Assembly: GCA_032718475.1 (NCBI GenBank)
Contig: JAUCBJ010001598.1
Location: 67,731-131,730 of the forward strand
Direction: 5' to 3'
DNA from: Nemertoderma westbladi
Taxonomy: Eukaryota > Animalia > Xenacoelomorpha
Length of the DNA stretch: 64,000 nucleotides
Both the position numbers and the translations under genes were made by a program. How positions within the stretch are numbered: the first letter of the stretch is position 1; every line of letters starts with the position of its first letter. Positions 1 to 15,000 of this stretch are shown in pieces. The notes under the pieces are model-generated. The model searched no databases, was not told where the DNA came from, and saw only the letters and a program-made list of their open reading frames with translations.

Positions 1-3000
1 TTGAGTCTGTACTATTCTACGCTATCATTTGTTTCCCAGGCACCCCGTTGAGTCTGTACTATTCTACGTTAGCATTTGTTTCCCAGGCACCCCGTTGAGT
101 CTGTACTATTCTACGCTATCATTTGTTTCCCAGGCACCCCGTTGAGTCTGTACTATTCTACGCTATCATTTGTTTCCCAGGCACCCCGTTGAGTCTGTAC
201 TATTCTACGTTAGCATTTGTTTCCCAGGCACCCCGTTGAGTCTGTACTATTCTACGCTATCATTTGTTTCCCAGGCACCCCGTTGAGTCTGTACTATTCT
301 ACGCTATCATTTGTTTCCCAGGTACCCCGTTGAGTCTGTACTATTCTACGCTATCATTTGTTTCCCAGACACCCCGTTGAGTCTGTACTATTCTACGCTA
401 TCATTTGTTTCCCAGGCACCCCGTTGAGTCTGTACTATTCTACGCTATCATTTGTTTCCCAGGCACCCCGTTGAGTCTACAATTCTACGCTATCATTTGT
501 TTCCCAGGCACCCCGTTGAGTCTGCCTGTACTATTCTACGCTATCATTTGTTTCCCAGGCACCCTGTTGAGTCTGTACTATTCTACGCTATCATTTGTTT
601 CCCAGGCACCCCGTTGAGTCTGTCTGTACTATTCTACGCTATCATTTGTTTCCCAGGCACCCCGTTGAGTCTGTACTATTCTACGCTATCATTTGTTTCC
701 CAGGCACCCCGTTGAGTCTACAATTCTACGCTATCATTTGTTTCCCAGGCACCCCGTTGAGTCTGTACTATTCTACATTATCATTTGTTTCCCAGGCACC
801 CCGTTGAGTCTACTATTCTACATTATCATTTGTTTCCCAGGCACCCCGTTGAGTCTGTACTATTCTACGCTATCATTTGTTTCCCAGGCACCCCGTTGAG
901 TCTGTACTATTCTACGCTATCCTTTGTTTCCCAGACACCCCGTTGAGTCTGTACTATTCTACGCTATCATTTGTTTCCCATGCACCCCGTTGAGTCTACA
1001 ATTATACGCTATCATTTGTTTCCCAGGCACCCTGTTGAGTCTGTCTGTACTATTCTACGCTATCATTTGTTTCCCAGACACCCCGTTGAGTCTGTACTAT
1101 TCTACGCTATCCTTTGTTTCCCAGACACCCCGTTGAGTCTGTACTATTCTACGCTATCATTTGTTTCCCATGCACCCCGTTGAGTCTACTATTCTACGCT
1201 ATCATTTGTTTCCCAGGCACTCCGTTGAGTCTGTACTATTCTACGCTGTCATTTGTTTCCCAGGCACGCCGTTGAGTCTGTACTATTCTACGCTATCATT
1301 TGTTTCCCAGGCACCCCGTTGAGTCTGTACTATTCTACGCTATCATTTGTTTCCCAGGCACCCTGTTGAGTCTGTCTGTACTATTCTACGCTACCATTTG
1401 TTTCCCAGGCACCCCGTTGAGTCTACAATTCTACGCTATCATTTGTTTCCCAGGCACCCCGTTGAGTCTGTACTATTCTACATTATCATTTGTTTCCCAG
1501 GCACCCCGTTGAGTCTACTATTCTACATTATCATTTGTTTCCCAGGCACTCCGTTGAGTCTGTCTGTACTATTCTACGCTATCATTTGTTTCCCAGGCAC
1601 CCTGTTGAGTCTGTCTGTACTATTCTACGCTACCATTTGTTTCCCAGGCACCCCGTTGAGTCTACAATTCTACGCTATCATTTGTTTCCCAGGCACCCCG
1701 TTGAGTCTGTACTATTCTACATTATCATTTGTTTCCCAGGCACCCCGTTGAGTCTACTATTCTACGCTAGCATTTGTTTCCCAGACACCCCGTTGAGTCT
1801 GTACTATTCTACGCTATCCTTTGTTTCCCAGACACCCCGTTGAGTCTGTACTATTCTACGCTATCATTTGTTTCCCATGCACCCCGTTGAGTCTACTATT
1901 CTACGCTATCATTTGTTTCCCAGGCACTCCGTTGAGTCTGTACTATTCTACGCTGTCATTTGTTTCCCAGGCACGCCGTTGAGTCTGTACTATTCTACGC
2001 TATCATTTGTTTCCCAGGCACCCTGTTGAGTCTGTCTGTACTATTCTACGCTACCATTTGTTTCCCAGGTACCCCGTTGAGTCTGTACTATTCTACGCTA
2101 TCATTTGTTTCCCAGGCACTCCGTTGCGTCTACTATTCTACGCTATCATTTGTTTCCCAGGCACCCTGTTGAGTCTGTACTATTCTACGCTATCATTTGT
2201 TTCCCAGACACCCCGTTGAGTCTGTACTATTCTACGCTATCATTTGTTTCCCATGCACCCCGTTGAGTCTACTATTCTACGCTATCATTTGTTTCCCATG
2301 CACCCCGTTGAGTCTACTATTCTACGCTATCATTTGTTTCCCAGACACCCCGTTGAGTCTGTACTATTATACGCTATCATTTGTTTCCCAGGCACCCCGT
2401 TGAGTCTGTCTGTACTATTCTACGCTATCATTTGTTTCCCAGGCACCCTGTTGAGTCTGTCTGTACTATTCTACGTTATCATTTTTTTCCCAGGCACCCT
2501 GTTGAGTCTGTCTGTACTATTCTACGCTACCATTTGTTTCCCAGGCACCCCGTTGAGTCTGTACTATTCTACGCTATCATTTGTTTCCCAGGCACCCCGT
2601 TGAGTCTACAATTCTACGCTATCATTTGTTTCCCAGGCACCCCGTTGAGTCTGTACTATTCTACATTATCATTTGTTTCCCAGGCACCCCGTTGAGTCTG
2701 TACTATTCTACGCTATCATTTGTTTCCCAGGCACCCTGTTGAGTCTGTACTATTCTACGTTATCATTTTTTTCCCAGGCACCCTGTTGAGTCTGTCTGTA
2801 CTATTCTACGCTACCATTTGTTTCCCAGGCACCCCGTTGAGTCTGTACTATTCTACGCTATCATTTGTTTCCCAGGCACCCCGTTGAGTCTACAATTCTA
2901 CGCTATCATTTGTTTCCCAGGCACCCCGTTGAGTCTGTACTATTCTACATTATCATTTGTTTCCCAGGCACCCCGTTGAGTCTGTACTATTCTACGCTAC

Positions 3001-6000
3001 CATTTGTTTCCCAGGCACCCCGTTGAGTCTGTACTATTCTACGCTATCATTTGTTTCCCAGGCACCCCGTTGAGTCTACAATTCTACGCTATCATTTGTT
3101 TCCCAGGCACCCTGTTGAGTCTGTACTATTCTACGTTATCATTTTTTTCCCAGGCACCCTGTTGAGTCTGTCTGTACTATTCTACGCTACCATTTGTTTC
3201 CCAGGCACCCCGTTGAGTCTGTACTATTCTACGCTATCATTTGTTTCCCAGGCACCCCGTTGAGTCTGTACTATTCTACGCTATCATTTGTTTCCCAGGC
3301 ACCCCGTTGAGTCTGTACTATTCTACGCTATCATTTGTTTCCCAGGCACCCCGTTGAGTCTGTACTATTCTACGCTATCATTTGTTTCCCAGGTACCCCG
3401 TTGAGTCTGTACTATTCTACGTTAGCATTTGTTTCCCAGACACCCCGTTGAGTCTGTACTATTCTACGCTATCATTTGTTTCCCAGGCACCTCGTTAAGT
3501 CTGTACTATTATACGCTATCATTTGTTTCCCAGGCACCCTGTTGAGTCTGTCGGTACTATTCTACGCTATCATTTGTTTCCCAGGCACCCCGTTGAGTCT
3601 GTACTATTCTACGCTATCATTTGTTTCCCAGGCACCCCGTTGAGTCTGTACTATTCTACGCTATCATTTGTTTCCCAGGCACCCCGTTGAGTCTGTACTA
3701 TTCTACGCTATCATTTGTTTCCCAGGCACCCCGTTGAGTCTGTACTATTCTACGCTATCATTTGTTTCCCATGCACCCCGTTGAGTCTACTATTCTACGC
3801 TATCCTTTGTTTCCCAGGCACCCCGTTGAGTCTACTATTCTACGCTATCATTTGTTTCCCATGCACCCCGTTGAGTCTACTATTCTACGCTATCATTTGT
3901 TTCCCAGACACCCCGTTGAGTCTGTACTATTCTACGCTATCATTTGTTTCCCAGGCACCCCGTTGAGTCTGTCTGTACTATTCTACGCTATCATTTGTTT
4001 CCCAGGCACCTCGTTGAGTCTGTCTGTACTATTCTACGCTATATCATTTGTTTCCCAGGCACCCTGTTGAGTCTACTATTCTACGCTAGCATTTGTTTCC
4101 CAGGCACCCCGTTGAGTCTGTACTATTCTACGTTATCATTTTTTTCCCAGGCACCCTGTTGAGTCTGTCTGTACTATTCTACGCTACCATTTGTTTCCCA
4201 GGCACCCCGTTGAGTCTGTACTATTCTACGCTATCATTTGTTTCCCAGGCACCCCGTTGAGTCTGTACTATTCTACGTTAGCATTTGTTTCCCAGACACC
4301 CCGTTGATTCTGTACTATTCTACGCTATCATTTGTTTCCCAGGCACCCTGTTGAGTCTACTATTCTACGCTATCATTTGTTTCCCATGCACCCCGTTGAG
4401 TCTACTATTCTACGCTATCATTTGTTTCCCAGGCACTCCGTTGAGTCTGTACTATTCTACGCTATCATTTGTTTCCCATGCACCCCGTTGAGTCTACTAT
4501 TCTACGCTATCCTTTGTTTCCCAGACACCCCGTTGAGTCTGTACTATTCTACGCTATCATTTGTTTCCCATGCACCCCGTTGAGTCTACTATTCTACGCT
4601 ATCATTTGTTTCCCAGACACCCCGTTAAGTCTGTACTATTATACGCTATCATTTGTTTCCCAGGCACCCTGTGGAGTCTGTCGGTACTATTCTACGCTAT
4701 CATTTGTTTCCCAGGCACCCCGTTGAGTCTACTATTCTACATTATCATTTGTTTCCCAGGCACCCCGTTGAGTCTGTACTATTCTACGCTATCCTTTGTT
4801 TCCCAGACACCCCGTTGAGTCTGTACTATTCTACGCTATCATTTGTTTCCCATGCACCCCGTTGAGTCTACTATTCTACGCTATCATTTGTTTCCCAGGC
4901 ACTCCGTTGAGTCTGTACTATTCTACGCTATCATTTGTTTCCCATGCACCCCGTTGAGTCTACTATTCTACGCTATCCTTTGTTTCCCAGACACCCCGTT
5001 GAGTCTGTACTATTCTACGCTATCATTTGTTTCCCATGCACCCCGTTGAGTCTACTATTCTACGCTATCATTTGTTTCCCAGGCACTCCGTTGAGTCTGT
5101 ACTATTCTACGCTATCATTTGTTTCCCATGCACCCCGTTGAGTCTACTATTCTACGCTATCCTTTGTTTCCCAGACACCCCGTTGAGTCTGTACTATTCT
5201 ACGCTATCATTTGTTTCCCATGCACCCCGTTGAGTCTACTATTCTACGCTATCATTTGTTTCCCAGGCACTCCGTTGAGTCTGTACTATTCTACGCTATC
5301 ATTTGTTTCCCAGGCACCCCGTTGAGTCTGTACTATTCTACGTTAGCATTTGTTTCCCAGGCACCCCGTTGAGTCTGTACTATTCTACGCTATCATTTGT
5401 TTCCCAGACACCCCGTTGAGTCTGTACTATTCTACGCTGTCATTTGTTTCCCAAGCACCCCGTTGAGTCTACAATTCTACGCTATCATTTGTTTCCCAGA
5501 CACCCCGTTGAGTCTACAATTCTACGCTATCATTTGTTTCCCAGGCACCCCGTTGAGTCTGTCTGTACTATTCTACGCTATCATTTGTTTCCCAGGCACC
5601 CCGTTGAGTCTGTACTATTCTACGCTATCACTTGTTTCCCAGGCACCCCGTTGAGTCTGTACTATTCTACGCTATCATTTGTTTCCCAGGCACCCCGTTG
5701 AGTCTGTACTATTCTACGCTATCATTTGTTTCCCAGGCACCCCGTTGAGTCTGTACTATTCTACGCTATCATTTGTTTCCCAGGCACCCCGTTGAGTCTG
5801 TACTATTCTACGTTAGCATTTGTTTCCCAGGCACCCCGTTGAGTCTGTACTATTCTACGCTATCATTTGTTTCCCAGGCACCCCGTTGAGTCTGTACTAT
5901 TCTACGCTATCATTTGTTTCCCAGGCACCCCGTTGAGTCTGTACTATTCTACGTTAGCATTTGTTTCCCAGGCACCCCGTTGAGTCTGTACTATTCTACG

Positions 6001-9000
6001 CTATCATTTGTTTCCCAGGCACCCCGTTGAGTCTGTACTATTCTACGCTATCATTTGTTTCCCAGGCACCCCGTTGAGTCTGTACTATTCTACGTTAGCA
6101 TTTGTTTCCCAGGCACCCCGTTGAGTCTGTACTATTCTACGCTATCATTTGTTTCCCAGGCACCCCGTTGAGTCTGTACTATTCTACGCTATCATTTGTT
6201 TCCCAGGTACCCCGTTGAGTCTGTACTATTCTACGCTATCATTTGTTTCCCAGACACCCCGTTGAGTCTGTACTATTCTACGCTATCATTTGTTTCCCAG
6301 GCACCCCGTTGAGTCTGTACTATTCTACGCTATCATTTGTTTCCCAGGCACCCCGTTGAGTCTACAATTCTACGCTATCATTTGTTTCCCAGGCACCCCG
6401 TTGAGTCTGCCTGTACTATTCTACGCTATCATTTGTTTCCCAGGCACCCTGTTGAGTCTGTACTATTCTACGCTATCATTTGTTTCCCAGGCACCCCGTT
6501 GAGTCTGTCTGTACTATTCTACGCTATCATTTGTTTCCCAGGCACCCCGTTGAGTCTGTACTATTCTACGCTATCATTTGTTTCCCAGGCACCCCGTTGA
6601 GTCTACAATTCTACGCTATCATTTGTTTCCCAGGCACCCCGTTGAGTCTGTACTATTCTACATTATCATTTGTTTCCCAGGCACCCCGTTGAGTCTACTA
6701 TTCTACATTATCATTTGTTTCCCAGGCACCCCGTTGAGTCTGTACTATTCTACGCTATCATTTGTTTCCCAGGCACCCCGTTGAGTCTGTACTATTCTAC
6801 GCTATCCTTTGTTTCCCAGACACCCCGTTGAGTCTGTACTATTCTACGCTATCATTTGTTTCCCATGCACCCCGTTGAGTCTACAATTATACGCTATCAT
6901 TTGTTTCCCAGGCACCCTGTTGAGTCTGTCTGTACTATTCTACGCTATCATTTGTTTCCCAGACACCCCGTTGAGTCTGTACTATTCTACGCTATCCTTT
7001 GTTTCCCAGACACCCCGTTGAGTCTGTACTATTCTACGCTATCATTTGTTTCCCATGCACCCCGTTGAGTCTACTATTCTACGCTATCATTTGTTTCCCA
7101 GGCACTCCGTTGAGTCTGTACTATTCTACGCTGTCATTTGTTTCCCAGGCACGCCGTTGAGTCTGTACTATTCTACGCTATCATTTGTTTCCCAGGCACC
7201 CCGTTGAGTCTGTACTATTCTACGCTATCATTTGTTTCCCAGGCACCCTGTTGAGTCTGTCTGTACTATTCTACGCTACCATTTGTTTCCCAGGCACCCC
7301 GTTGAGTCTACAATTCTACGCTATCATTTGTTTCCCAGGCACCCCGTTGAGTCTGTACTATTCTACATTATCATTTGTTTCCCAGGCACCCCGTTGAGTC
7401 TACTATTCTACATTATCATTTGTTTCCCAGGCACTCCGTTGAGTCTGTCTGTACTATTCTACGCTATCATTTGTTTCCCAGGCACCCTGTTGAGTCTGTC
7501 TGTACTATTCTACGCTACCATTTGTTTCCCAGGCACCCCGTTGAGTCTACAATTCTACGCTATCATTTGTTTCCCAGGCACCCCGTTGAGTCTGTACTAT
7601 TCTACATTATCATTTGTTTCCCAGGCACCCCGTTGAGTCTACTATTCTACGCTAGCATTTGTTTCCCAGACACCCCGTTGAGTCTGTACTATTCTACGCT
7701 ATCCTTTGTTTCCCAGACACCCCGTTGAGTCTGTACTATTCTACGCTATCATTTGTTTCCCATGCACCCCGTTGAGTCTACTATTCTACGCTATCATTTG
7801 TTTCCCAGGCACTCCGTTGAGTCTGTACTATTCTACGCTGTCATTTGTTTCCCAGGCACGCCGTTGAGTCTGTACTATTCTACGCTATCATTTGTTTCCC
7901 AGGCACCCTGTTGAGTCTGTCTGTACTATTCTACGCTACCATTTGTTTCCCAGGTACCCCGTTGAGTCTGTACTATTCTACGCTATCATTTGTTTCCCAG
8001 GCACTCCGTTGCGTCTACTATTCTACGCTATCATTTGTTTCCCAGGCACCCTGTTGAGTCTGTACTATTCTACGCTATCATTTGTTTCCCAGACACCCCG
8101 TTGAGTCTGTACTATTCTACGCTATCATTTGTTTCCCATGCACCCCGTTGAGTCTACTATTCTACGCTATCATTTGTTTCCCATGCACCCCGTTGAGTCT
8201 ACTATTCTACGCTATCATTTGTTTCCCAGACACCCCGTTGAGTCTGTACTATTATACGCTATCATTTGTTTCCCAGGCACCCCGTTGAGTCTGTCTGTAC
8301 TATTCTACGCTATCATTTGTTTCCCAGGCACCCTGTTGAGTCTGTCTGTACTATTCTACGTTATCATTTTTTTCCCAGGCACCCTGTTGAGTCTGTCTGT
8401 ACTATTCTACGCTACCATTTGTTTCCCAGGCACCCCGTTGAGTCTGTACTATTCTACGCTATCATTTGTTTCCCAGGCACCCCGTTGAGTCTACAATTCT
8501 ACGCTATCATTTGTTTCCCAGGCACCCCGTTGAGTCTGTACTATTCTACATTATCATTTGTTTCCCAGGCACCCCGTTGAGTCTGTACTATTCTACGCTA
8601 TCATTTGTTTCCCAGGCACCCTGTTGAGTCTGTACTATTCTACGTTATCATTTTTTTCCCAGGCACCCTGTTGAGTCTGTCTGTACTATTCTACGCTACC
8701 ATTTGTTTCCCAGGCACCCCGTTGAGTCTGTACTATTCTACGCTATCATTTGTTTCCCAGGCACCCCGTTGAGTCTACAATTCTACGCTATCATTTGTTT
8801 CCCAGGCACCCCGTTGAGTCTGTACTATTCTACATTATCATTTGTTTCCCAGGCACCCCGTTGAGTCTGTACTATTCTACGCTACCATTTGTTTCCCAGG
8901 CACCCCGTTGAGTCTGTACTATTCTACGCTATCATTTGTTTCCCAGGCACCCCGTTGAGTCTACAATTCTACGCTATCATTTGTTTCCCAGGCACCCTGT

Positions 9001-12000
9001 TGAGTCTGTACTATTCTACGTTATCATTTTTTTCCCAGGCACCCTGTTGAGTCTGTCTGTACTATTCTACGCTACCATTTGTTTCCCAGGCACCCCGTTG
9101 AGTCTGTACTATTCTACGCTATCATTTGTTTCCCAGGCACCCCGTTGAGTCTGTACTATTCTACGCTATCATTTGTTTCCCAGGCACCCCGTTGAGTCTG
9201 TACTATTCTACGCTATCATTTGTTTCCCAGGCACCCCGTTGAGTCTGTACTATTCTACGCTATCATTTGTTTCCCAGGTACCCCGTTGAGTCTGTACTAT
9301 TCTACGTTAGCATTTGTTTCCCAGACACCCCGTTGAGTCTGTACTATTCTACGCTATCATTTGTTTCCCAGGCACCTCGTTAAGTCTGTACTATTATACG
9401 CTATCATTTGTTTCCCAGGCACCCTGTTGAGTCTGTCGGTACTATTCTACGCTATCATTTGTTTCCCAGGCACCCCGTTGAGTCTGTACTATTCTACGCT
9501 ATCATTTGTTTCCCAGGCACCCCGTTGAGTCTGTACTATTCTACGCTATCATTTGTTTCCCAGGCACCCCGTTGAGTCTGTACTATTCTACGCTATCATT
9601 TGTTTCCCAGGCACCCCGTTGAGTCTGTACTATTCTACGCTATCATTTGTTTCCCATGCACCCCGTTGAGTCTACTATTCTACGCTATCCTTTGTTTCCC
9701 AGGCACCCCGTTGAGTCTACTATTCTACGCTATCATTTGTTTCCCATGCACCCCGTTGAGTCTACTATTCTACGCTATCATTTGTTTCCCAGACACCCCG
9801 TTGAGTCTGTACTATTCTACGCTATCATTTGTTTCCCAGGCACCCCGTTGAGTCTGTCTGTACTATTCTACGCTATCATTTGTTTCCCAGGCACCTCGTT
9901 GAGTCTGTCTGTACTATTCTACGCTATATCATTTGTTTCCCAGGCACCCTGTTGAGTCTACTATTCTACGCTAGCATTTGTTTCCCAGGCACCCCGTTGA
10001 GTCTGTACTATTCTACGTTATCATTTTTTTCCCAGGCACCCTGTTGAGTCTGTCTGTACTATTCTACGCTACCATTTGTTTCCCAGGCACCCCGTTGAGT
10101 CTGTACTATTCTACGCTATCATTTGTTTCCCAGGCACCCCGTTGAGTCTGTACTATTCTACGTTAGCATTTGTTTCCCAGACACCCCGTTGATTCTGTAC
10201 TATTCTACGCTATCATTTGTTTCCCAGGCACCCTGTTGAGTCTACTATTCTACGCTATCATTTGTTTCCCAGGCACGCCGTTGAGTCTACTATTCTACGC
10301 TATCATTTGTTTCCCAGGCACTCCGTTGAGTCTGTACTATTCTACGCTATCATTTGTTTCCCAGGCACCCCGTTGAGTCTACTATTCTACGCTATCATTT
10401 GTTTCCCAGGCACTCCGTTGAGTCTGTACTATTCTACGCTATCATTTGTTTCCCATGCACCCCGTTGAGTCTACTATTCTACGCTATCCTTTGTTTCCCA
10501 GACACCCCGTTGAGTCTGTACTATTCTACGCTATCATTTGTTTCCCATGCACCCCGTTGAGTCTACTATTCTACGCTATCATTTGTTTCCCAGACACCCC
10601 GTTAAGTCTGTACTATTATACGCTATCATTTGTTTCCCAGGCACCCTGTGGAGTCTGTCGGTACTATTCTACGCTATCATTTGTTTCCCAGGCACCCCGT
10701 TGAGTCTACTATTCTACATTATCATTTGTTTCCCAGGCACCCCGTTGAGTCTGTACTATTCTACGCTATCCTTTGTTTCCCAGACACCCCGTTGAGTCTG
10801 TACTATTCTACGCTATCATTTGTTTCCCATGCACCCCGTTGAGTCTACTATTCTACGCTATCATTTGTTTCCCAGGCACTCCGTTGAGTCTGTACTATTC
10901 TACGCTATCATTTGTTTCCCATGCACCCCGTTGAGTCTACTATTCTACGCTATCCTTTGTTTCCCAGACACCCCGTTGAGTCTGTACTATTCTACGCTAT
11001 CATTTGTTTCCCATGCACCCCGTTGAGTCTACTATTCTACGCTATCATTTGTTTCCCAGGCACTCCGTTGAGTCTGTACTATTCTACGCTATCATTTGTT
11101 TCCCATGCACCCCGTTGAGTCTACTATTCTACGCTATCCTTTGTTTCCCAGACACCCCGTTGAGTCTGTACTATTCTACGCTATCATTTGTTTCCCATGC
11201 ACCCCGTTGAGTCTACTATTCTACGCTATCATTTGTTTCCCAGGCACTCCGTTGAGTCTGTACTATTCTACGCTGTCATTTGTTTCCCAAGCACCCCGTT
11301 GAGTCTACTATTCTACATTATCATTTGTTTCCCAGGCACGCCGTTGAGTCTGTACTATTCTACGCTATCATTTGTTTCCCAGGCACCCCGTTGAGTCTAC
11401 TATTCTACGTTATCATTTGTTTCCCAGGCACCCCGTTGAGTCTGTCTGTACTATTCTACGCTATCATTTGTTTCCCAGGCACTCCGTTGAGTCTGTACTA
11501 TTCTACGCTGTCATTTGTTTCCCAGGCACCCTGTTGAGTCTGTCTGTACTATTCTACGCTATCATTTGTTTCCCAGGTACCCCGTTGAGTCTGTACTATT
11601 CTACGCTATCATTTGTTTCCCAGGCACTCCGTTGCGTCTACTATTCTACGCTATCATTTGTTTCCCAGGCACTCCGTTGAGTCGGTACTATTCTACGCTA
11701 TCATTTGTTTCCCAGGCACCCCGTTGAGTCTGTACTATTCTACGCTATCATTTGTTTCCCAGGCACCCCGTTGAGTCTGTACTATTCTACGCTATCATTT
11801 GTTTCCCAGGCACCCTGTTGAGTCTGTCTGTACTATTCTACGCTACCATTTGTTTCCCAGGTACCCCGTTGAGTCTGTACTATTCTACGCTATCATTTGT
11901 TTCCCAGGCACCCCGTTGAGTCTACTATTCTACTCTACCATTTGTTTCCCAGGCACCCCGTTGCGTCTACTATTCTACGCTATCATTTGTTTCCCAGGCA

Positions 12001-15000
12001 CCCTGTTGAGTCTGTACTATTCTACGCTATCATTTGTTTCCCAGACACCCCGTTGAGTCTGTACTATTCTACGCTATCATTTGTTTCCCAGGCACCCCGT
12101 TGAGTCTGTACTATTCTACGCTATCATTTGTTTCCCAGGCACCCCGTTGCGTCTACTATTCTACGCTATCATTTGTTTCCCAGGCACCTCGTTGAGTCTG
12201 TACTATTCTACGCTATCATTTGTTTCCCAGACACCCCGTTGAGTCTGTACTATTCTACGCTATCATTTGTTTCCCAGGCACCCCGTTGAGTCTACTATTC
12301 TACGCTATCATTTGTTTCCCAGGCACCCCGTTGAGTCTGTACTATTCTACGCTATCATTTGTTTCCCAGGCACCCTGTTGAGTCTGTACTATTCTACGTT
12401 ATCATTTTTTTCCCAGGCACCCTGTTGAGTCTGTCTGTACTATTCTACGCTACCATTTGTTTCCCAGGCACCCCGTTGAGTCTGTACTATTCTACGCTAT
12501 CATTTGTTTCCCAGGCACCCTGTTGAGTCTGTACTATTCTACGTTATCATTTTTTTCCCAGGCACCCTGTTGAGTCTGTCTGTACTATTCTACGCTACCA
12601 TTTGTTTCCCAGGCACCCCGTTGAGTCTGTACTATTCTACGCTATCATTTGTTTCCCAGGTACCCCGTTGAGTCTGTACTATTCTACGTTAGCATTTGTT
12701 TCCCAGACACCCCGTTGAGTCTGTACTATTCTACGCTATCATTTGTTTCCCAGGCACCCCGTTGAGTCTGTACTATTCTACGCTATCATTTGTTTCCCAG
12801 GCACCCCGTTGAGTCTACAATTCTACGCTATCATTTGTTTCCCAGGCACCCCGTTGAGTCTGTACTATTCTACATTATCATTTGTTTCCCAGGCACCCCG
12901 TTGAGTCTGTACTATTCTACGCTATCATTTGTTTCCCAGGCACCCTGTTGAGTCTGTACTATTCTACGTTATCATTTTTTTCCCAGGCACCCTGTTGAGT
13001 CTGTCTGTACTATTCTACGCTACCATTTGTTTCCCAGGCACCCCGTTGAGTCTGTACTATTCTACGCTATCATTTGTTTCCCAGGCACCCTGTTGAGTCT
13101 GTACTATTCTACGTTATCATTTTTTTCCCAGGCACCCTGTTGAGTCTGTCTGTACTATTCTACGCTACCATTTGTTTCCCAGGCACCCCGTTGAGTCTGT
13201 ACTATTCTACGCTATCATTTGTTTCCCAGGTACCCCGTTGAGTCTGTACTATTCTACGTTAGCATTTGTTTCCCAGACACCCCGTTGAGTCTGTACTATT
13301 CTACGCTATCATTTGTTTCCCAGGCACCTCGTTAAGTCTGTACTATTATACGCTATCATTTGTTTCCCAGGCACCCTGTTGAGTCTGTCGGTACTATTCT
13401 ACGCTATCATTTGTTTCCCAGGCACCCCGTTGAGTCTGTACTATTCTACGCTATCATTTGTTTCCCAGGCACCCCGTTGAGTCTGTACTATTCTACGCTA
13501 TCATTTGTTTCCCAGGCACCTCGTTAAGTCTGTACTATTATACGCTATCATTTGTTTCCCAGGCACCCTGTTGAGTCTGTCGGTACTATTCTACGCTATC
13601 ATTTGTTTCCCAGGCACCCCGTTGAGTCTGTACTATTCTACGCTATCATTTGTTTCCCAGGCACCCCGTTGAGTCTGTACTATTCTACGCTATCATTTGT
13701 TTCCCAGGCACCCCGTTGAGTCTGTCTGTACTATTCTACGCTATCATTTGTTTCCCAGGCACCTCGTTGAGTCTGTACTATTCTACGCTATCATTTGTTT
13801 CCCAGGCACCTCGTTGAGTCTGTCTGTACTATTCTACGCTATATCATTTGTTTCCCAGGCACCCTGTTGAGTCTACTATTCTACGCTAGCATTTGTTTCC
13901 CAGGCACCCCGTTGAGTCTGTACTATTCTACGTTATCATTTTTTTCCCAGGCACCCTGTTGAGTCTGTCTGTACTATTCTACGCTACCATTTGTTTCCCA
14001 GGCACCCCGTTGAGTCTGTACTATTCTACGCTATCATTTGTTTCCCAGGCACCCCGTTGAGTCTGTACTATTCTACGCTATCATTTGTTTCCCAGGCACC
14101 CCGTTGAGTCTGTACTATTCTACGCTATCATTTGTTTCCCAGGCACCTCGTTGAGTCTGTACTATTCTACGCTATCATTTGTTTCCCAGGCACCTCGTTG
14201 AGTCTGTCTGTACTATTCTACGCTATATCATTTGTTTCCCAGGCACCCTGTTGAGTCTACTATTCTACGCTAGCATTTGTTTCCCAGGCACCCCGTTGAG
14301 TCTGTACTATTCTACGTTATCATTTTTTTCCCAGGCACCCTGTTGAGTCTGTCTGTACTATTCTACGCTACCATTTGTTTCCCAGGCACCCCGTTGAGTC
14401 TGTACTATTCTACGCTATCATTTGTTTCCCAGGCACCCCGTTGAGTCTGTACTATTCTACGTTAGCATTTGTTTCCCAGACACCCCGTTGAGTCTGTACT
14501 ATTCTACGCTATCATTTGTTTCCCAGGCACCTCGTTAAGTCTGTACTATTATACGCTATCATTTGTTTCCCAGGCACCCTGTGGAGTCTGTCGGTACTAT
14601 TCTACGCTATCATTTGTTTCCCATGCACCCCGTTGAGTCTACTATTCTACATTATCATTTGTTTCCCAGGCACCCCGTTGAGTCTGTACTATTCTACGCT
14701 ATCCTTTGTTTCCCAGACACCCCGTTGAGTCTGTACTATTCTACGCTATCATTTGTTTCCCATGCACCCCGTTGAGTCTACTATTCTACGCTATCATTTG
14801 TTTCCCAGGCACTCCGTTGAGTCTGTACTATTCTACGCTGTCATTTGTTTCCCAGGCACGCCGTTGAGTCTGTACTATTCTACGCTATCATTTGTTTCCC
14901 AGGCACCCCGTTGAGTCTGTACTATTCTACGCTATCATTTGTTTCCCAGACACCCCGTTGAGTCTGTACTATTCTACGCTATCATTTGTTTCCCAGGCAC

